DNA of 64,000 nt, from NCBI RefSeq assembly GCF_018350175.1, contig NC_058383.1:24120001-24184000 (forward strand), given 5' to 3'. The position numbers and the translations under genes are program-made. Shown here one piece after another: positions 40,170 through 53,890 of this stretch. This DNA comes from Felis catus (Eukaryota). Numbering within the stretch: the first letter of the stretch is position 1; every line of letters begins with the position of its first letter. The notes under the pieces were generated by a model. That model was not told the DNA's origin. It made no database searches and saw only the letters and a program-made list of their open reading frames with translations.

Positions 40170-42050
40170 CTTAGTACATAATAGTCAAATTGGTGGAAAC
40201 CAAAGATAATGAGAAACTCGTAAATAAAACAGCCAAAGAAAAACTGCATTACATAAAAGAGAAAGCAGTTTGAATGACTACCTCTTCGTATTTGAAATAA
40301 AAGAAACCAGAAGACAGTTAAATGATATTACATATAGAGTGCCCAGGAAAAAAAAAAGATCAACCCAGACTTCTAATGAAAGCAAAAATATACTCCACAA
40401 ATAAAGATAAAGATATTTTCAGATAAAAGAAGACATAGCTCTTCTGTAGTTCTTAACTAAAATAAATGCTTAAGTAAGTGTTTGGTCTAAAGGAAAACCG
40501 TAGCAGAGGGAAACTCATATATTCAGGAAAGAATGAACAGCACCAGAGATGCTAAATATCTAGGTGAATATAAAATCATTTTTTTCTATTACTTACTTTG
40601 AAATACATGCTGTTTTAAGGCAAAATATAGTATTATTTTTCATGATTAATTATATAATGACATATATAGATGTAAGACATACACCAACTCTAGCATTAAA
40701 AACAGTGAGGGATAGAAACAGAAATTATGGTTTCACATTTTCTACATTTTACAATATTAACTCTAAACAGACTATGAAAAAAGAACTATATATTATTTTC
40801 TAAACCCCGCACCAATCATTAAACATAAGTATGGAAGTATAGCTAAAGAGTGAATTGAAAAGTTAAAGTGGAATTCTAAATATATTCAAATAATCCAAGG
40901 AAAAGCAGAAATGGGAAAGCAGTGAAACAAAAATCTGAAGGGACAAACAGAAAACAAATAATATATGTATGTGGTAGGTGGAAATACAAACTTATCAATG
41001 AAGGGCTAAATGCTCATATTGAAAAGGCAGAGATTATCAGAATGGATAAAAAATTAGGATGTAACTATATGCTATTTACAGTCAGAATAAATACAGTGAA
41101 AATAAGTGTATGTAAAATGGCATACCATGAGAAAGTAAGTACAAGACTGAAGGTGCCATATTAATGTCATAGGAAATAGACTTTAAGACAAAAAAAAAAA
41201 TAGGCTTAAAAAAATAGTACCAGAGATATATGTCATTACCAGATATTCTAGAATTTAATTAATCAGGAAGACATAAAATAATAAATGTCTATTGGCTTAA
41301 TGATAGAGATTCAAAATATACTTTTTAAAATGACTGAATTAAAGGGGAGAAATAAGCCTACAACTGGGATTGGAGATTTTACACTCTTCTTAGCAATTGA
41401 AAAATAAATCTGACAAAAATATATCAGCTAGAGACTAGGTGTACAGCAATCCTATCAACCATCATAACCTAATTGATATTTATACAACATTACAACTAAC
41501 AAATGTACACATTTATTTCACATGTACATGGCACAATACCGATATTGGTCACATGCTGAGCCATATACAGCAATTATCAATGGTTTTTAAAAAAATTCAC
41601 TACAGAGTATGTTTTTTAACCACAAAGGAATTAAACTAGGGATCAATAACAATATATCTAGAAACTTTCCAAATATTTTTACATTTATTTACAGACTTTT
41701 AAAGTAATCCATGCATCAAAAAAGAAATCGTATAGGAAATTTAAAAAATACTTAAAACATTTGAATGATAACAAAAATGTACAAAATCAAATTTTTTCAG
41801 AGTACATCTAAAGGAGTGTTTGCAGGGAAATGTTTTGCTTTAAATGTTTGTGTGATTAAAGGAGAGAGACCTAAAACCTGTAATTTCAGTCTTTCCATAA
41901 AGAAGCTACAAGGAGAGAAGTAAGCCAAAAGCAAGCAGCAGGAAGAAAAAATTTTAAATAAAGACCAAAAATATCAGTGAAAGAGAAAATAGTCAACAAT
42001 AAAGGAAATTAGTAAACACAAAATTTGGTGCTTTGAAACAATAGAAACAA
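40170..42050 (+). mobile_element. Old L1M (ORF1 end to ORF2 endonuclease)
   Basis: Degenerate L1-like A-rich sequence. Confidence 0.65.
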
Positions 42051-42222
42051 GTACAGTTTATTGTAGGTAAATTAAACCTCAATGAGTTTTATTTAAGAAA
42101 ACATATTTCTGTGAACATAGATTTTCTTTTACCCTGAGATAGTCATATATAGATACATGCTTTTCAGGCTTAATGTTCCCTTTTCTTGGAGTTATTCTTA
42201 AGGATCATGCTTAATTACTTAC

Positions 42223-42401
42223 CTTTCTGAATGTCTTATAGATACCAAAATAAACATATTGACTGAGAAATGTTCTTAGCTTCCACAAAGTAGTGTCCAA
42301 AAAGAAAAGCAAGAGAAGGCAAATAAAGCCTGTGATACTCATTACAATCACGTACTTCCCAATCATTTTCTCTTCCAAAGAATAAACATTCTTCGCAGTA
42401 T
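42223..42401 (-). CDS. ABCA-like exon (179 nt): last TM helix of TMD2
   Basis: cag|(N)TAKNVYSLEEKMIGKYVIVMSITGFICLLLLFFLDTTLWKLRTFLSQYVYFGIYKTFRK|gtaagt; this frame is not in the ORF track, but phases fit both neighbours. Confidence 0.9.
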
Positions 42402-42909
42402 CTGAGGATGGCGGGGGTGGGGGGTGGGGTGGGGTGGAGAGAGAGATTAGTACAGAACATTGACACTATGAACAAGGCCTGAGAAAACAATAAATAAGAA
42501 ATATAGGGTGGAATGAAACATTAGGCTACACTGAGACAAGTAAACTATTTGGAGTGTGAGAAGTGATTATCCTGCTATACTAATATTCAACAATGAATTC
42601 TGAAGGCTAATTTCATGAATATAATGTATGGTAATCAAGTAAGCTAAGTAGATGAATATTAAAATATTTATTGATGTGCTTATTATTACATGCCATGAAA
42701 AAATGCTCCAAGTCCTTTCAAAAGTGTGAAATCTTAAACCAATAATTAGAAGCCAGTATTAAAGTGCAAGTACTCTTGCAAAAGGTAACATTTTGCGTTT
42801 AAAAGGTAAAAATGACCATTAGTGATACTTCTTGAACTGTCTTGAGAAGTTAAGTAAAAAGTCCAGAATTTGTTATAAGAAAATTATATACTTTCCCTCC
42901 TTTAAAAAA

Positions 42910-43790
42910 AGTCAATCCTTTAGAATGGTTTTGGATTTACAGAAAAATTATAAAGACAATATAGAGAATTTCACATACTCTGCATGTGCTTTCCCTAATT
43001 ATTAGCAACATACATTAGTATGGTATGTTACAATAACGAATAAATATTATCATTAATAAGTACCAAATATTACCATTAACTAAAGCCTCTGACATTTTCA
43101 GGATTCCTTTTTTTCTAACGTAGTGTTATTTTTTTTTCTTCTGTGAACCAGTCCAGAATTCTATATTATATTTAGTAGTCATGTTTCCTTTGGTTCCTCT
43201 TAGCTGTGACATTTTCTCATATTTTCTTTATTTTTTTTATGATATTGACAGTTTTGAGGAGTACTGGTGAGGAATTTTGTAGGACATCCCTCATTTGGGA
43301 CCTGTCTATTGGTTTCTTTTTTTCTTCTTCATTATTAGACTGGGATTATGGATTTGGGGGAGGAAACTCACAGAAGTAAAGGGATATTTTTATTGCAACA
43401 ACAATAAAATGTACACACTACCAGTGTGACTTGTCACTGTTAATGTTGACCTTGATCACATGGTTGAAATTGTGTTTGTCAGCTTTCTCTGCTGTAAAGT
43501 TACTCCCTCTCGTCCGTTGTCTGTGCTCTCTATTCTCTGGAGGGAAGTCAAAATGTACATCCCACAAATATGGAGTGGGAAGTTATCCTCTACCTCCTAG
43601 AGGTTGGAATATCTACATAAATTGATTGAAACTCTATGGAGAATTTTTCTTCTATCCATCATTATTTATTTAGTCATTTATTTATATCAAAACAGATTCA
43701 TATTATCAATTTATACTTTCAGTTACAAATCCAATACTACCTTATTTTGTTGTTGAAATTGTTCCAGCTTTGCCTTTGAACACTTTTCTA
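42910..43790 (-). mobile_element. L1MC-like 3'UTR
   Basis: ttttggatttacagaaaaatt...gttttgaggagtactggt...gttgaccttgatcac. Confidence 0.7.
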
Positions 43791-45174
43791 AGTGTTTATG
43801 GTTGATGTATAGAAATGCAATTGAATGTTCTGTTTGTATTTATTTTGCAGTAATCAACCACAATATTAGGCTTATAAAGCCTAATAATTTATCAGGGGAT
43901 CCTTTGAGATTCCTGCTTAGACCATCAAATCTAGTATTATTTTACATTTTCTATTCCTCATACTTTAGAATTCTAAATAAAAAATACTTGATTCATGCAT
44001 ATTATATGCTATATATGTACAGATTTAAAGCATAATATCATAATGGAATCTATGAACCCAGCCTCCAAATTAAGAGTTTATAAACAATTTTAAAATACTT
44101 AGATGCTCCTTCATATATTTCCATCTTCCACAGGTCACCACTATGATGAATTGTATTCTGCATTCCTATTTTATTTAAATACAAGTAGACCATTTAATAT
44201 ATATGAAATATGTAAATATATAAAGTTATATATATAAGTAAATAAAATTTTGTTTAATTCTCAAATTTGAACTTTATAGAAATAGTATCATGCTCTATGT
44301 ATTCTACAGGAGTGTCTTTTCCCTCCGTGTTATCATTGAAAAATTTTTTTTCAAACATAAAGTAAAATTGAAATAATAAAATAAAGACCATTCCCTCCAC
44401 CTAGTATCAACTATGTTGATGTTTAGCCATATTTGCTTCGCTTCCCACATATCACCCCACTATATGTATATTTCTAACTAAGTTAACTCTGTGGCTTTTT
44501 AAATTTTATTTTCTAGTATGTGTTATTTTTGTCTTCTAGCCATACTAGCTTTTTATGAATGTTGGTTATCTCTGTTGTGAATTGGGAATTTTCATGAACC
44601 ATCAAAACAATAATTTTATGGAGTAGTGATGATAAGTTTGGGCTGATTCCTTGGTTGCTTAGTTTATGAAAGGATTTTTGTTGGCAGAGTGAAATGTAAT
44701 TTCTTTAATAAATGTCCTTCTGCTTGTGGTAGTGGTAGTGTGGTGGTAATGTGGATACAGTTTTCTGATTTCCTGATAACCTTCTGTTTCTGCAGTACTA
44801 TCCATTATTGCTATATTTTCCTTCTTTTTGCACATCATCAAGCTTCTAAGGGATAATTCTGTCTTCTAGGTTGTTCTTCTCAAAAGTGATATCTTCCCAA
44901 GATGAGAATTTTATAAAAGTAATGAGAGATCAACTCACAAGTACAGGAAGTTCAGAAAATACAAGCAAGGAAAATACAAACCTCCCAAACCCCACTGCGA
45001 TCCATCCTTATCATGAAAGGGAGATAGGCTGACAATAAATGATTTAAGAACCCATCTTATGATGTTAGAAAATTAATCCCCCAAAATGGAAAATGTGGAA
45101 AATAATAAAGAGCTTAAATTGATAATTTAGGAGATAAACATGCAATAGGAAGAATCAACAAAAGTGAAAATTTG

Positions 45175-45700
45175 TTTTTTATTTCTTGTTTTGAGAGAGA
45201 AAGAGAGCGAGCAGGAGAGGGATAGAGAGGAAGAGAGAGAATCTTAAGCAGGCTTTACACTCAGCACAAAGTCGGGTGTGGGACTTGATCTCATGGCTGT
45301 GACATCATGACCTGAGCCGAAATCAAAAGTCAGACACTTAACTGACTGAGCTACCCCAGTGCCCCTGAAACATGTTTTTTGAAAAGACTAAAATAATTGA
45401 TAAAGCTTTGGTAAGATTTATCAAGAAACAATGTGGGTGGAAAAAATTCAGAATATCATAAGTGAAAATGATAAGTTCTATAGAATTCACAGGGGTTAAA
45501 AATACCAGAAGATATGGGGTGCCTGGGTGGCTCAGTTGGTTGAGCTCAGGTCATGATCTCGTGGTTCATGAGTTCGACCCCCACGTTGGCCTCTGTGCTG
45601 ACAGCTCGGAACCTAGAGCCTGCTTCAGATTCTGTGTCTCTCTCTGCCCCTCCCCTGTTCATGTTCTGTCTCTCAAAAATGAATAAACATTAAAAAAAAA
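45175..45700. mobile_element. Two Can-SINEs (45175-45365 minus, 45516-45700 plus) in old L1 sequence
   Basis: SINE heads and CT/GA regions. Confidence 0.85.
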
Positions 45701-46680
45701 CCCCAGAAGATATTATAAACAAATTTACTCCAATGATTTTGAAAATTTAGGTAAATGAAAGGATTCTACAAAAACTCTATTAATTCCTCTCCCCAAATTA
45801 TTAATAGGACACCCAAATAATTCTATCCTTATTAAGGAAACATGATCAATAATCTCCATGTGTAATTATTCAGTCTATTTAATTTTTTATTATTTAACAT
45901 TAGAAGATCCGTTTATGTAATTCAACAGAATATGTAATTCAGTAAAACAAAGAGAAAAATCATTTGCCCATCTCAACAGAAGCTTAAGAAAAACTGAACC
46001 GTTTTTTGTGATTTAAAAAAAAAAAAGGTTTACTAAACACAGGATAGAAAAAAAAAAACAAAAAACGTTTTTAATCCAAAAAGTAGGATCCCTTTGAGTC
46101 TCAGTTCTGACTCATCAAAGCTGTGTGAAATAGGGCATATAGTCAGTATCAGTGAAAATGTTCTCTCTGAAATTGGAGTGAAACTGGATGTCAGCTATCA
46201 CCACTTTGATTATATTTAAATTGTATGTCCTTAACAAAGCAGTAAAAGTAGTGTCCTTATTAGCAGCTGCTTTGAGTGTACCCATTGAAAATTAAAAATA
46301 ATCTACTCATAAATTATTAAAGTTAATAAAATAATTTAGGGAGTTCAATATACAAAAAATGAGCTCTTTAATTTTATTTCTCTATATCAGCAAAAAACAA
46401 TGAAAAATGACTCTTCAAAAGTGATACCATTTATAATCACATCAAAAGATATGTAGGAATAAAGCTAACAACATATCTATAATACCTCTAAACCAATAAC
46501 AAATAAACAGTATTAAATAAAAATGCAGAAGGCATAAGTAAATAGATGGATGGCTAAAACTAAATAAGCAAAGGAATGTACCAAGTTCATAGACTGTAAA
46601 ATCAAAATTGTAAAGGTATTAAATCTTTCAAAATTGTTCTATAGAATTAAGGCAATGTCAATAAAAGTCCTACAGATTCT

Positions 46681-46874
46681 GGGGTGCCTGCAAGGCTCAG
46701 TTAGTTAAGTGTCTGACTCTTGATTTCAGCGCAGGTCATGATTCCAGTGTCATGAGATCAATACCCATGATGGGCTCCACACTGGGTGTGGAGCCTGCTT
46801 AAGATTCCCTCTCTCCCTCTCCCTCTGTTCTTCCTCTGCTCGTGCATGCATCTTGAGTACTCTCTCTCTCTCAA

Positions 46875-46925
<51 letters not shown>

Positions 46926-47172
46926 AATTTGTTTAAATCCTACTAGATTTGTTTTTTGGGTCTTAAAAAAAAGGTAATTCTTTTTTTTAAACTTTATTTA
47001 TTTATTTTCAAATAGAGAGAGAGAGCGAGAGAGAGAGTACAAGCAGGGTAGGACCAGAGAGAGAGGGAGAGAATCCCAAGCAGTCTCTGCATTGTCAATG
47101 ATCATGAGATCATGACCTGAACCAAAATCAAGAGTTGGACACTTAACTGACTGAGCCACCCAGGTGCCTCCC
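46681..47172. mobile_element. Tail-to-tail Can-SINE pair (46681-46927 plus with (AAAT)n; 46980-47172 minus)
   Basis: Opposite-orientation SINE bodies about 50 bp apart. Confidence 0.88.
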
Positions 47173-47199
47173 CACCCTCAAAAAAGGTAATTCTTAAAT

Positions 47200-48005
47200 G
47201 TATAAGGAATTGCAAAACAAATATCAAGACATAGCCAAGTTCCAGTTTCAAAAACTTACTACAAAGCTAAAGTAATCAAGATGGGGGTGATACTGAAACA
47301 AGGACATACACATCAATGAAATACAATTGAGAGTTTAGAAATAAACCCATGCTTCTGAGGTCAACTGGTTTCAACAAGAGTGCCAAGTTAATTAAATGGG
47401 GAAATGAATAGTCTTTTTAACAAATGGTGCTGAAAGAACTGGATATCCATACGTACAAGAATCAAGTTGGAACACTGTCTCACACTATATACAGAAATCA
47501 ACTAAAAAAGGATCAACAACCTGAATGTAACAGCTAAAACTATAAACCTCTTAGGATAAAACATTGAATAAATCTCTGTGACCTCTGATTAAGCAATTGA
47601 CACCTAAAGTATACAAAAAACAACAAAAAAACAGTGAATAAACTAGACTTCATCAAAATGAAACACTGCTGTGTATCAAAGGACACTAGCAAGAAAGTGA
47701 AAAGATAGCCCTCAGAATGGCAGAAAATATTTACAACCCACATATCAAAGAAGGGTCTACTTTACAGAATATATAAAGGCCAATTACCCAATTTCAAATG
47801 GGTCGAGAACTTGAATAGACACTTTTATGAAAAAGATACACAAATGGACAACAGGCACATTAAAAGATGCTCAACATCACTGGTCATTGAATGCAAATTG
47901 ATACAACAGTGTGATACAACTTCATACCTACTAGAAAGACTATAATAAAAAAAAATGGAAAATAACAATTGTTGGAGAGGATATGGAGAAACTGGAACCT
48001 TTCTA
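47200..48005 (+). mobile_element. L1 ORF2 3' fragment
   Basis: caaatggtgctgaaagaactggatatcc...aaaagatgctcaacatcac. Confidence 0.85.
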
Positions 48006-48248
48006 TTTTTCTGTACAAAATACTCCATGCTTCTATGGAGACTCAGTAATACATGCCTCACCCCATCTGCTAAAGTTTATTGTCATACAGTTATAGTTTA
48101 CTGATCTTCCCTTTGAGGTCATCAACTACTATTCTAAGTAGGATCTGGTTTGCTACTACATATTCCTGCCTTTCTCATTCTGCCCACTCTCACCAAAGTA
48201 AGATACTTCCAAAATTACCTAATAAATGATACAGTGCCACTGTGGGAA

Positions 48249-48291
48249 TTTCTTTCTTTCTTTCTCTCTTTTTTTCTTTCTTCCTTCCTTT

Positions 48292-48343
<52 letters not shown>

Positions 48344-48534
48344 TCCTTCCTTCCTTCCTTCCTTCCTTCCTTCCTTCCTTCCTTCCTTCCTTCCTTCCTC
48401 CTTTCCTTTCCTTTTTCCTTTCCTTTCCTTTCCTTTCCTTTCCTTTCCTTTCCTTTCCTTTCCTTTCCTTTCCTTTCCTTTCCTTTCCTTTCCTTTCCTT
48501 TCCTTTCCTTTCCTTTCCTTTCCTTTCCTTTCCT
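48249..48534. repeat. Compound (CTTT)n(CCTT)n(CCTTT)n polypyrimidine STR, the tail of a minus-strand SINE at 48535-48654
   Basis: About 285 bp of pure pyrimidines abutting a reverse SINE head. Confidence 0.95.
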
Positions 48535-49355
48535 GTAAGCTCCATGCCCAGCATGGCACCCAGTGCAGGGAGGGCTTGGACTCATGACCCTGAGATCAAG
48601 ACCTGAGCTAATATGAGGAGCTGGATGCTTAACAAACTGAGCCACCCAGGCACCACCACCATGAGGACTTTTAAATGTTTACTCTTTCTGACAAATCTGC
48701 AGTATTGTTCTTCTTTCTCTTACTCTCTTTTTCTGGCTCTTTTCTCTATCGTACTGCTCTTTATGACTCAAATCACCACATCCTGACCTTTACTTATTTA
48801 TTTAAAAAAGTTGAGTTCCTCTATGTGCAGATACTATATTAGACACTGGAGAATGGGTTTTATCTATTCCTTCAAATAAGTTGTGGCCAAGTGAGTGTGG
48901 GTGCTTATGAGTGATTAAAATGCTGAGAGGTAACAAAAGTAAATATCACACAAATTCTTCCTATGGAGGTTTTTTTCTAAAGATGAAATGCATTATGCAA
49001 TGAGGGAACATAAGCTGTGAATCTCAGTTCTGGACCACAAAAGCTATGTGGCCTAGGGCACAGTTTCCTCAAAATGAGTATAAAAACTGACAACTTGAGG
49101 TTGTGAAGATTTAACATAACATAGTTACTATGTGGTTGATTACTAGTAGCTCTTATTTTTATATCTGATGACTACTTGAAACTTAGCTTTGTTTTTGAGG
49201 TTTTATTATTACAAAGGCTTTCTCCCACTCTGATAAAATGACTTATGTACTGAATATGTGTCCTGACTCTCTCCTTTGAAATAGGGGCTGATTCCCCACT
49301 GTCTCATAGGCTAAGACTGAGACTAATTTTTTAGGCTTAAGGACTCCAAGGATAC

Positions 49356-49806
49356 TGTGAAAATTAAAGGTAAGCCTCACTAAGATGGAGTCAGAAGGCC
49401 AACAGGCAGAACTCTCATACCCTGCCACTTGTCAATTACAAGAATTGTCAATTGTACACCCAACAGAAGAATCCTTAAAAAGAAAGAATCCTTGATTACA
49501 GCCCCAACAACAACAAAAAAGCACACTGTAGCTCCTGTAAGAAATTGACTACCTCCTGCAGCTCAGTCAATAAGAAACTGTCATCACCCTGAAGCCTTGC
49601 TTCTCTCCAATGGAATTTTGTTCAAACAATTCCTCCCAATTTCTCTCCTCCTCCTAAATAATGTTCCTCTCTAAAATAATAATGTTTGTGAGACTTGTCT
49701 ATGATTTGCTGTAACTTGCTTGTCCTGTATTGCAATTCTCTCCCATTCCCCAATAAACCCATTTTTGCTGGAAAAATTACTGGCAGTCTTATGTTTAAGA
49801 TTAATG
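49356..49806 (+). mobile_element. ERV1-class solo LTR abutting an ABCA splice donor
   Basis: TG start, aagatggagtc, AATAAA near 49752, 4-bp TSD ATAC at 49352-49355 and 49807-49810. Confidence 0.7.
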
Positions 49807-49814
49807 ATACTTAC

Positions 49815-49985
49815 TTTCTTTACTACAATTTATGTAGACAGGAGGTTTGTTTCCAGAGCACCATTTCTTTATCTGGTAGAAAGTAAAATAGTCATCGATA
49901 CACTTCGCAAGGTTGTAATTAGGAAAGAACAGTAATGAATTAAGTATGAAGGCTCTGGTGGCTTTTGACATCTTATGTTGAACTT
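49815..49985 (-). CDS. ABCA-like exon (171 nt)
   Basis: ttag|(E)VQHKMSKATRAFILNSLLFFPNYNLAKCIDDYFTFYQIKKWCSGNKPPVYINCSKE|gtaagt; ABCA FPxYxL motif with paired Cys. Confidence 0.9.
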
Positions 49986-50749
49986 CTAAAAAGATGATAA
50001 AATTAGATTTCATTATAGGAAATGAACTATCCCTAGGACAACAAATCTCCCAAGGATGATCAAGATAAACTTTGGGAATTAAAAAAAATTATTACATTTG
50101 AAGAATACTAATTACTACCCAATAAGTTTCTTCCAGTCAATATCCAGTGACAGTTTGTGTTGATAATTGCAGAGTTCTGAAAAGTCTCTTTGGTGAAGTG
50201 GGTGTCTATGTGATAAGACTTATGGCACCTGATATGGACAGGAAACCACTACTATTTTTTACATTTCTAATCCTAATTTATCAATTAAGGGAATAAAGTA
50301 GGGGTCAGAGATATAGCCTACAATTCAACAGTGAGGAACAGATGGGGAAATTAATACAAGTTTGAGAGTAGAAAAATCTTCAAGGGAACCAGACTTCTGT
50401 CTCTCTAAAGAATGCATTTGATTTGAACAATTAGAGACTAAGTTCCTGGAGATATGAACATGCTTAATTTATGAAGTGACAATATGAAATTTTGATAATG
50501 AATTCAGTTTTTTAGAAAGAAGACAAAAGGCCAGTCTAAACAGAAACTTCATAAAAGACATTTTGGGCAAAGAGAGATGGCCAAGAAGCAAATCTTCAAG
50601 TGCCCAACCCATAGTGATTCTGTCCAGTGTAGATTTTGAGTTGATAGAGACAAATAATTGATTCAGGATATTGGCTAATTGAGCAGATGCCAAAAATGGC
50701 ACTAATTATATACACCACACTGTCTTTTTATCAATATGGAAGAACTCTA

Positions 50750-50838
50750 TAGCTGCACCAATATACACATGTGGCTACTGAGCACTTGAAATGTGGATAG
50801 TGTGGCTATGGAATTAATTTTAAATTGTACTTAATTTC
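50750..50838. mobile_element. MER3/MER33-like hAT DNA transposon relic
   Basis: cacatgtggctactgagcacttgaaatgtgg. Confidence 0.65.
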
Positions 50839-50839
50839 A

Positions 50840-51440
50840 CAAATAAAGGATATAAAATATTATACTATATCCCTAAAAACATGTGGAGGAGAGGAGAAAG
50901 GAATGGGTTCAAACTAAATAGCCATCACTTAAATATAGACTGCTATATGCAGAAGAGTTTATATAAAAACCTAATGGTAACCATATATCAAAAGCCACTA
51001 ATAAATATGCAAAGAATAAAGAGAAAGAACTCCAAATATATCACTAAAGAAAATCAGCAAAACATGAGAGAAAGGCAAGAAGAGATCAGAGAAAAACTTG
51101 AGAAACAACCACAGAGCAAGTAATAAAATGGCAATAAAAACATATCTTTCAATAATTACTTTGAATGTAAATGGACTAAACATTCTCATCAAAAGACATA
51201 GGGTGAAAGAATGGATACGAAAAAGCAAGACCCATCTATATGGGTCCTACAGGAGACCCATTTTACACCTAAATTTAATATACATCTGTAAATTAAAATA
51301 AGAAGGGATGGAGAAACATTTATCATGGAAATTGATGTCAAAAGAAAGCCAGAGTAGCAATACTTACTACCTTAGACTTAAAAACCAAGACACTGGGTGA
51401 CAGAATGGATAAAAAAAAACAATACCCATCTATATGCTGA
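50840..51440 (+). mobile_element. L1 inter-ORF region and ORF2 start
   Basis: MAIKTYLSIITLNVNGLN, endonuclease N-terminus. Confidence 0.85.
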
Positions 51441-51864
51441 TACTTCTATCTGTTGAGTTCTTAATTTAAATTATTATTAAATTTCATTTTTCAGGATTCT
51501 ATTTGGATCTTTTTCAAGTCTACTTGTTCTCTCTCTTTCTCTCTCTCTATTATATGCATGTATAACATACATGTACATAAATAGTATATGCATATATGTT
51601 ATTTTATTACATATTCTATTATATATATTCCAGTATTTGCTTTTATACCTGAGACTCTCTATTACAATTTAAATATATTAAACATACATATTTATGTATG
51701 TTAAATGCACATTATACATATTAATCATTTAAACATATATATTTATATTGTATGCCTATATATAACACACATGCATACATGTCCTATTATTTATTACATG
51801 TTCTGTTATTTGCTCATATTACTGAGACTCTTACAATTTAAATATTTTAAACATACATATTTTA

Positions 51865-52696
51865 ATCTTTATTTATTTTTGAGAGAGAGACAGAGTGTGA
51901 GTAAGGTAGGAGCAGAGAGATAGGGAGACACAGAATCCGAAGTAGGCTCCAGGCTCCAAGCTGGCAGCACAGAACCCAAAGTGGGGCCCAAACCCACGAA
52001 CTGTGAGATCATGACCTGAGCTGAAGTTGGACGCTCAACCGACTGAGCCACCCAGGCACCCTGTAAACATACATATTTTATATCATTCAAAAGTCCCCAA
52101 ATCTTAATTTTTCAGGTCTGATTGTGATTCTACAATTTGTGATTTCTGCTAGCACTTGCTCTTAAGACCTTGTATTTTTTTTTCTCTTTCTTCTCTTTGT
52201 GCTTTTAATTTGATCTCAAGTTCTCTAGAAAATTTAACTATGGGAATACTTTGAAGTCTGGGAATTGTGTATACCTTTGCCACTCACCTAGGGCACACAA
52301 AACCGAGATTTAAAATAAATTATCAAGTTATGTTTTTTAGCTTACATAGGTTCTAAGACTTCAGGATACAAACCAATATGAACATTTGCATGTGTTTACA
52401 AATTGCAAAGGGAAATTGTTGTTCCTTATTCCAGTGCCAAATTCAACCCTTACAAATTTCCTTTATGTGTCTTACTGTGGCTTTAGTTTTGTTCACTCTT
52501 TTTTAAAGTTTATTTATTTATTTTGAGAGGGGGAGAGAGAGAGAGCAGAGGAGGGGCAGAGAGAGAGAGAATCCCAGGCAGGCTCTGAACCGTCAGTGCA
52601 GAGCATGATGCAGGGCTCAATCTTAGGAACTATGAGATCATGACAGAGCCAAGATCAGGAGTCTGATGTTTAATGGACTGAGACACTCAGGTGCCC
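51865..52696 (-). mobile_element. Two minus-strand Can-SINEs (51865-52061, 52498-52696)
   Basis: Reverse SINE bodies; the first has TSD TAAACATACATATTTTA. Confidence 0.88.
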
Positions 52697-53890
52697 TTTG
52701 TTTACCCTTGAAGTGAGTAGCCCTTTGAACTTCCAATTTTAAATAGGAAGATATTAAACCTTTGTTGTACCTCTATGCTTTTTATTCTGACTTCTCTGAT
52801 CCTCACTATTTATACAATGGAAAATAAATGTCACCAGATGCTGTCAATAACCTCAAGTCAAAGCTACCTTCAATTATTGCTTTCATGTTATTGTTGGCCT
52901 CTGCCAATTCCATACTTTCTTTTCAGTTCATTATTTTTGGTACAGTATCATTCAGTGTTTGCTCTGCTGCTCAAAAGTGGAAGTCTCCTGTGACTTTCTA
53001 ATTGCCAAATCTACTGGCTTCTGTTTTTAATCCCATTCTACTCTGCATTACTCTTTGCAACATATTCTTCCTAAAAAAAGCCTTCCAAAACTTTTCTAAA
53101 GTAGTAATTTACTTCTATTATTACCCTGTAACAACTATTTCTCTCCAGTTCCTTAAATGATCATTTCATTTTAGGTCTCCAAACTCAAATGATTTCAGGT
53201 GAGTCTTCCTCACATCACAAAACATGTGTCCAAACACCTGTCTTTGGACAAGTGTGCAAAAATATACAGACATTTGCTTTCCATGATTTGGGTATTCCTT
53301 TGTGAGAATGAGTGCTAAGGTATATCTATTAACACGTTCAGTTTTTTTTTCATCTGCTATGCAGAAGCTTAAGTCTTACACATGTGAACTATTCATTCTC
53401 AAAGGAAGTTACAGGCAATTAATTTGTGACCAGTGAAGGACTAAGGGAACAAGACCAGTGTCTGTGGAGCAACAGCAGAGAGGGAGGATGTGGGGGAAGT
53501 GCTGAGGTCAGTTGAAATGTACATTAGAGGGTGAATCAACAACTTCATTTTTAACAATAACCATTTTAGTGAATATCTCCCTGAATCTCAAAATCAGAGA
53601 AGGAAAATGAGATACAAATTCAAGAATACTATAAAAAGCAGGCCTGGGAGGAAGAAAAACTGCCTTAGGTAATTGTATGTGTGTCAGAGGCGTATAGAGA
53701 TTTTCTTTGGAAAACCTTGTTAGGGTGCTCACAAGCTTGTACCTTTTCATTGAATTAGGGAAGGACAGCCACATGATAAAACCTCCTTCAACAAAACTGT
53801 CAGCCTCTCCCAAGAATTCAAGATTCCTCTACACTCTTCCCTCTCTTCACTTCACTACGAACTGCCCTGACATCAAGGAAGAACATTTTT

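Noticed and set aside
48150..48645. Long K/E/R-rich and F/L/S/P-rich ORFs
   Set aside because: Translations of the compound microsatellite
50469..50702. 77-aa minus-strand ORF in the ABCA intron
   Set aside because: No homology or convincing splice sites
53508..53813. 101-aa minus-strand ORF as an extra ABCA exon
   Set aside because: No ABCA motif; the flanking exons already join in phase with the expected sequence
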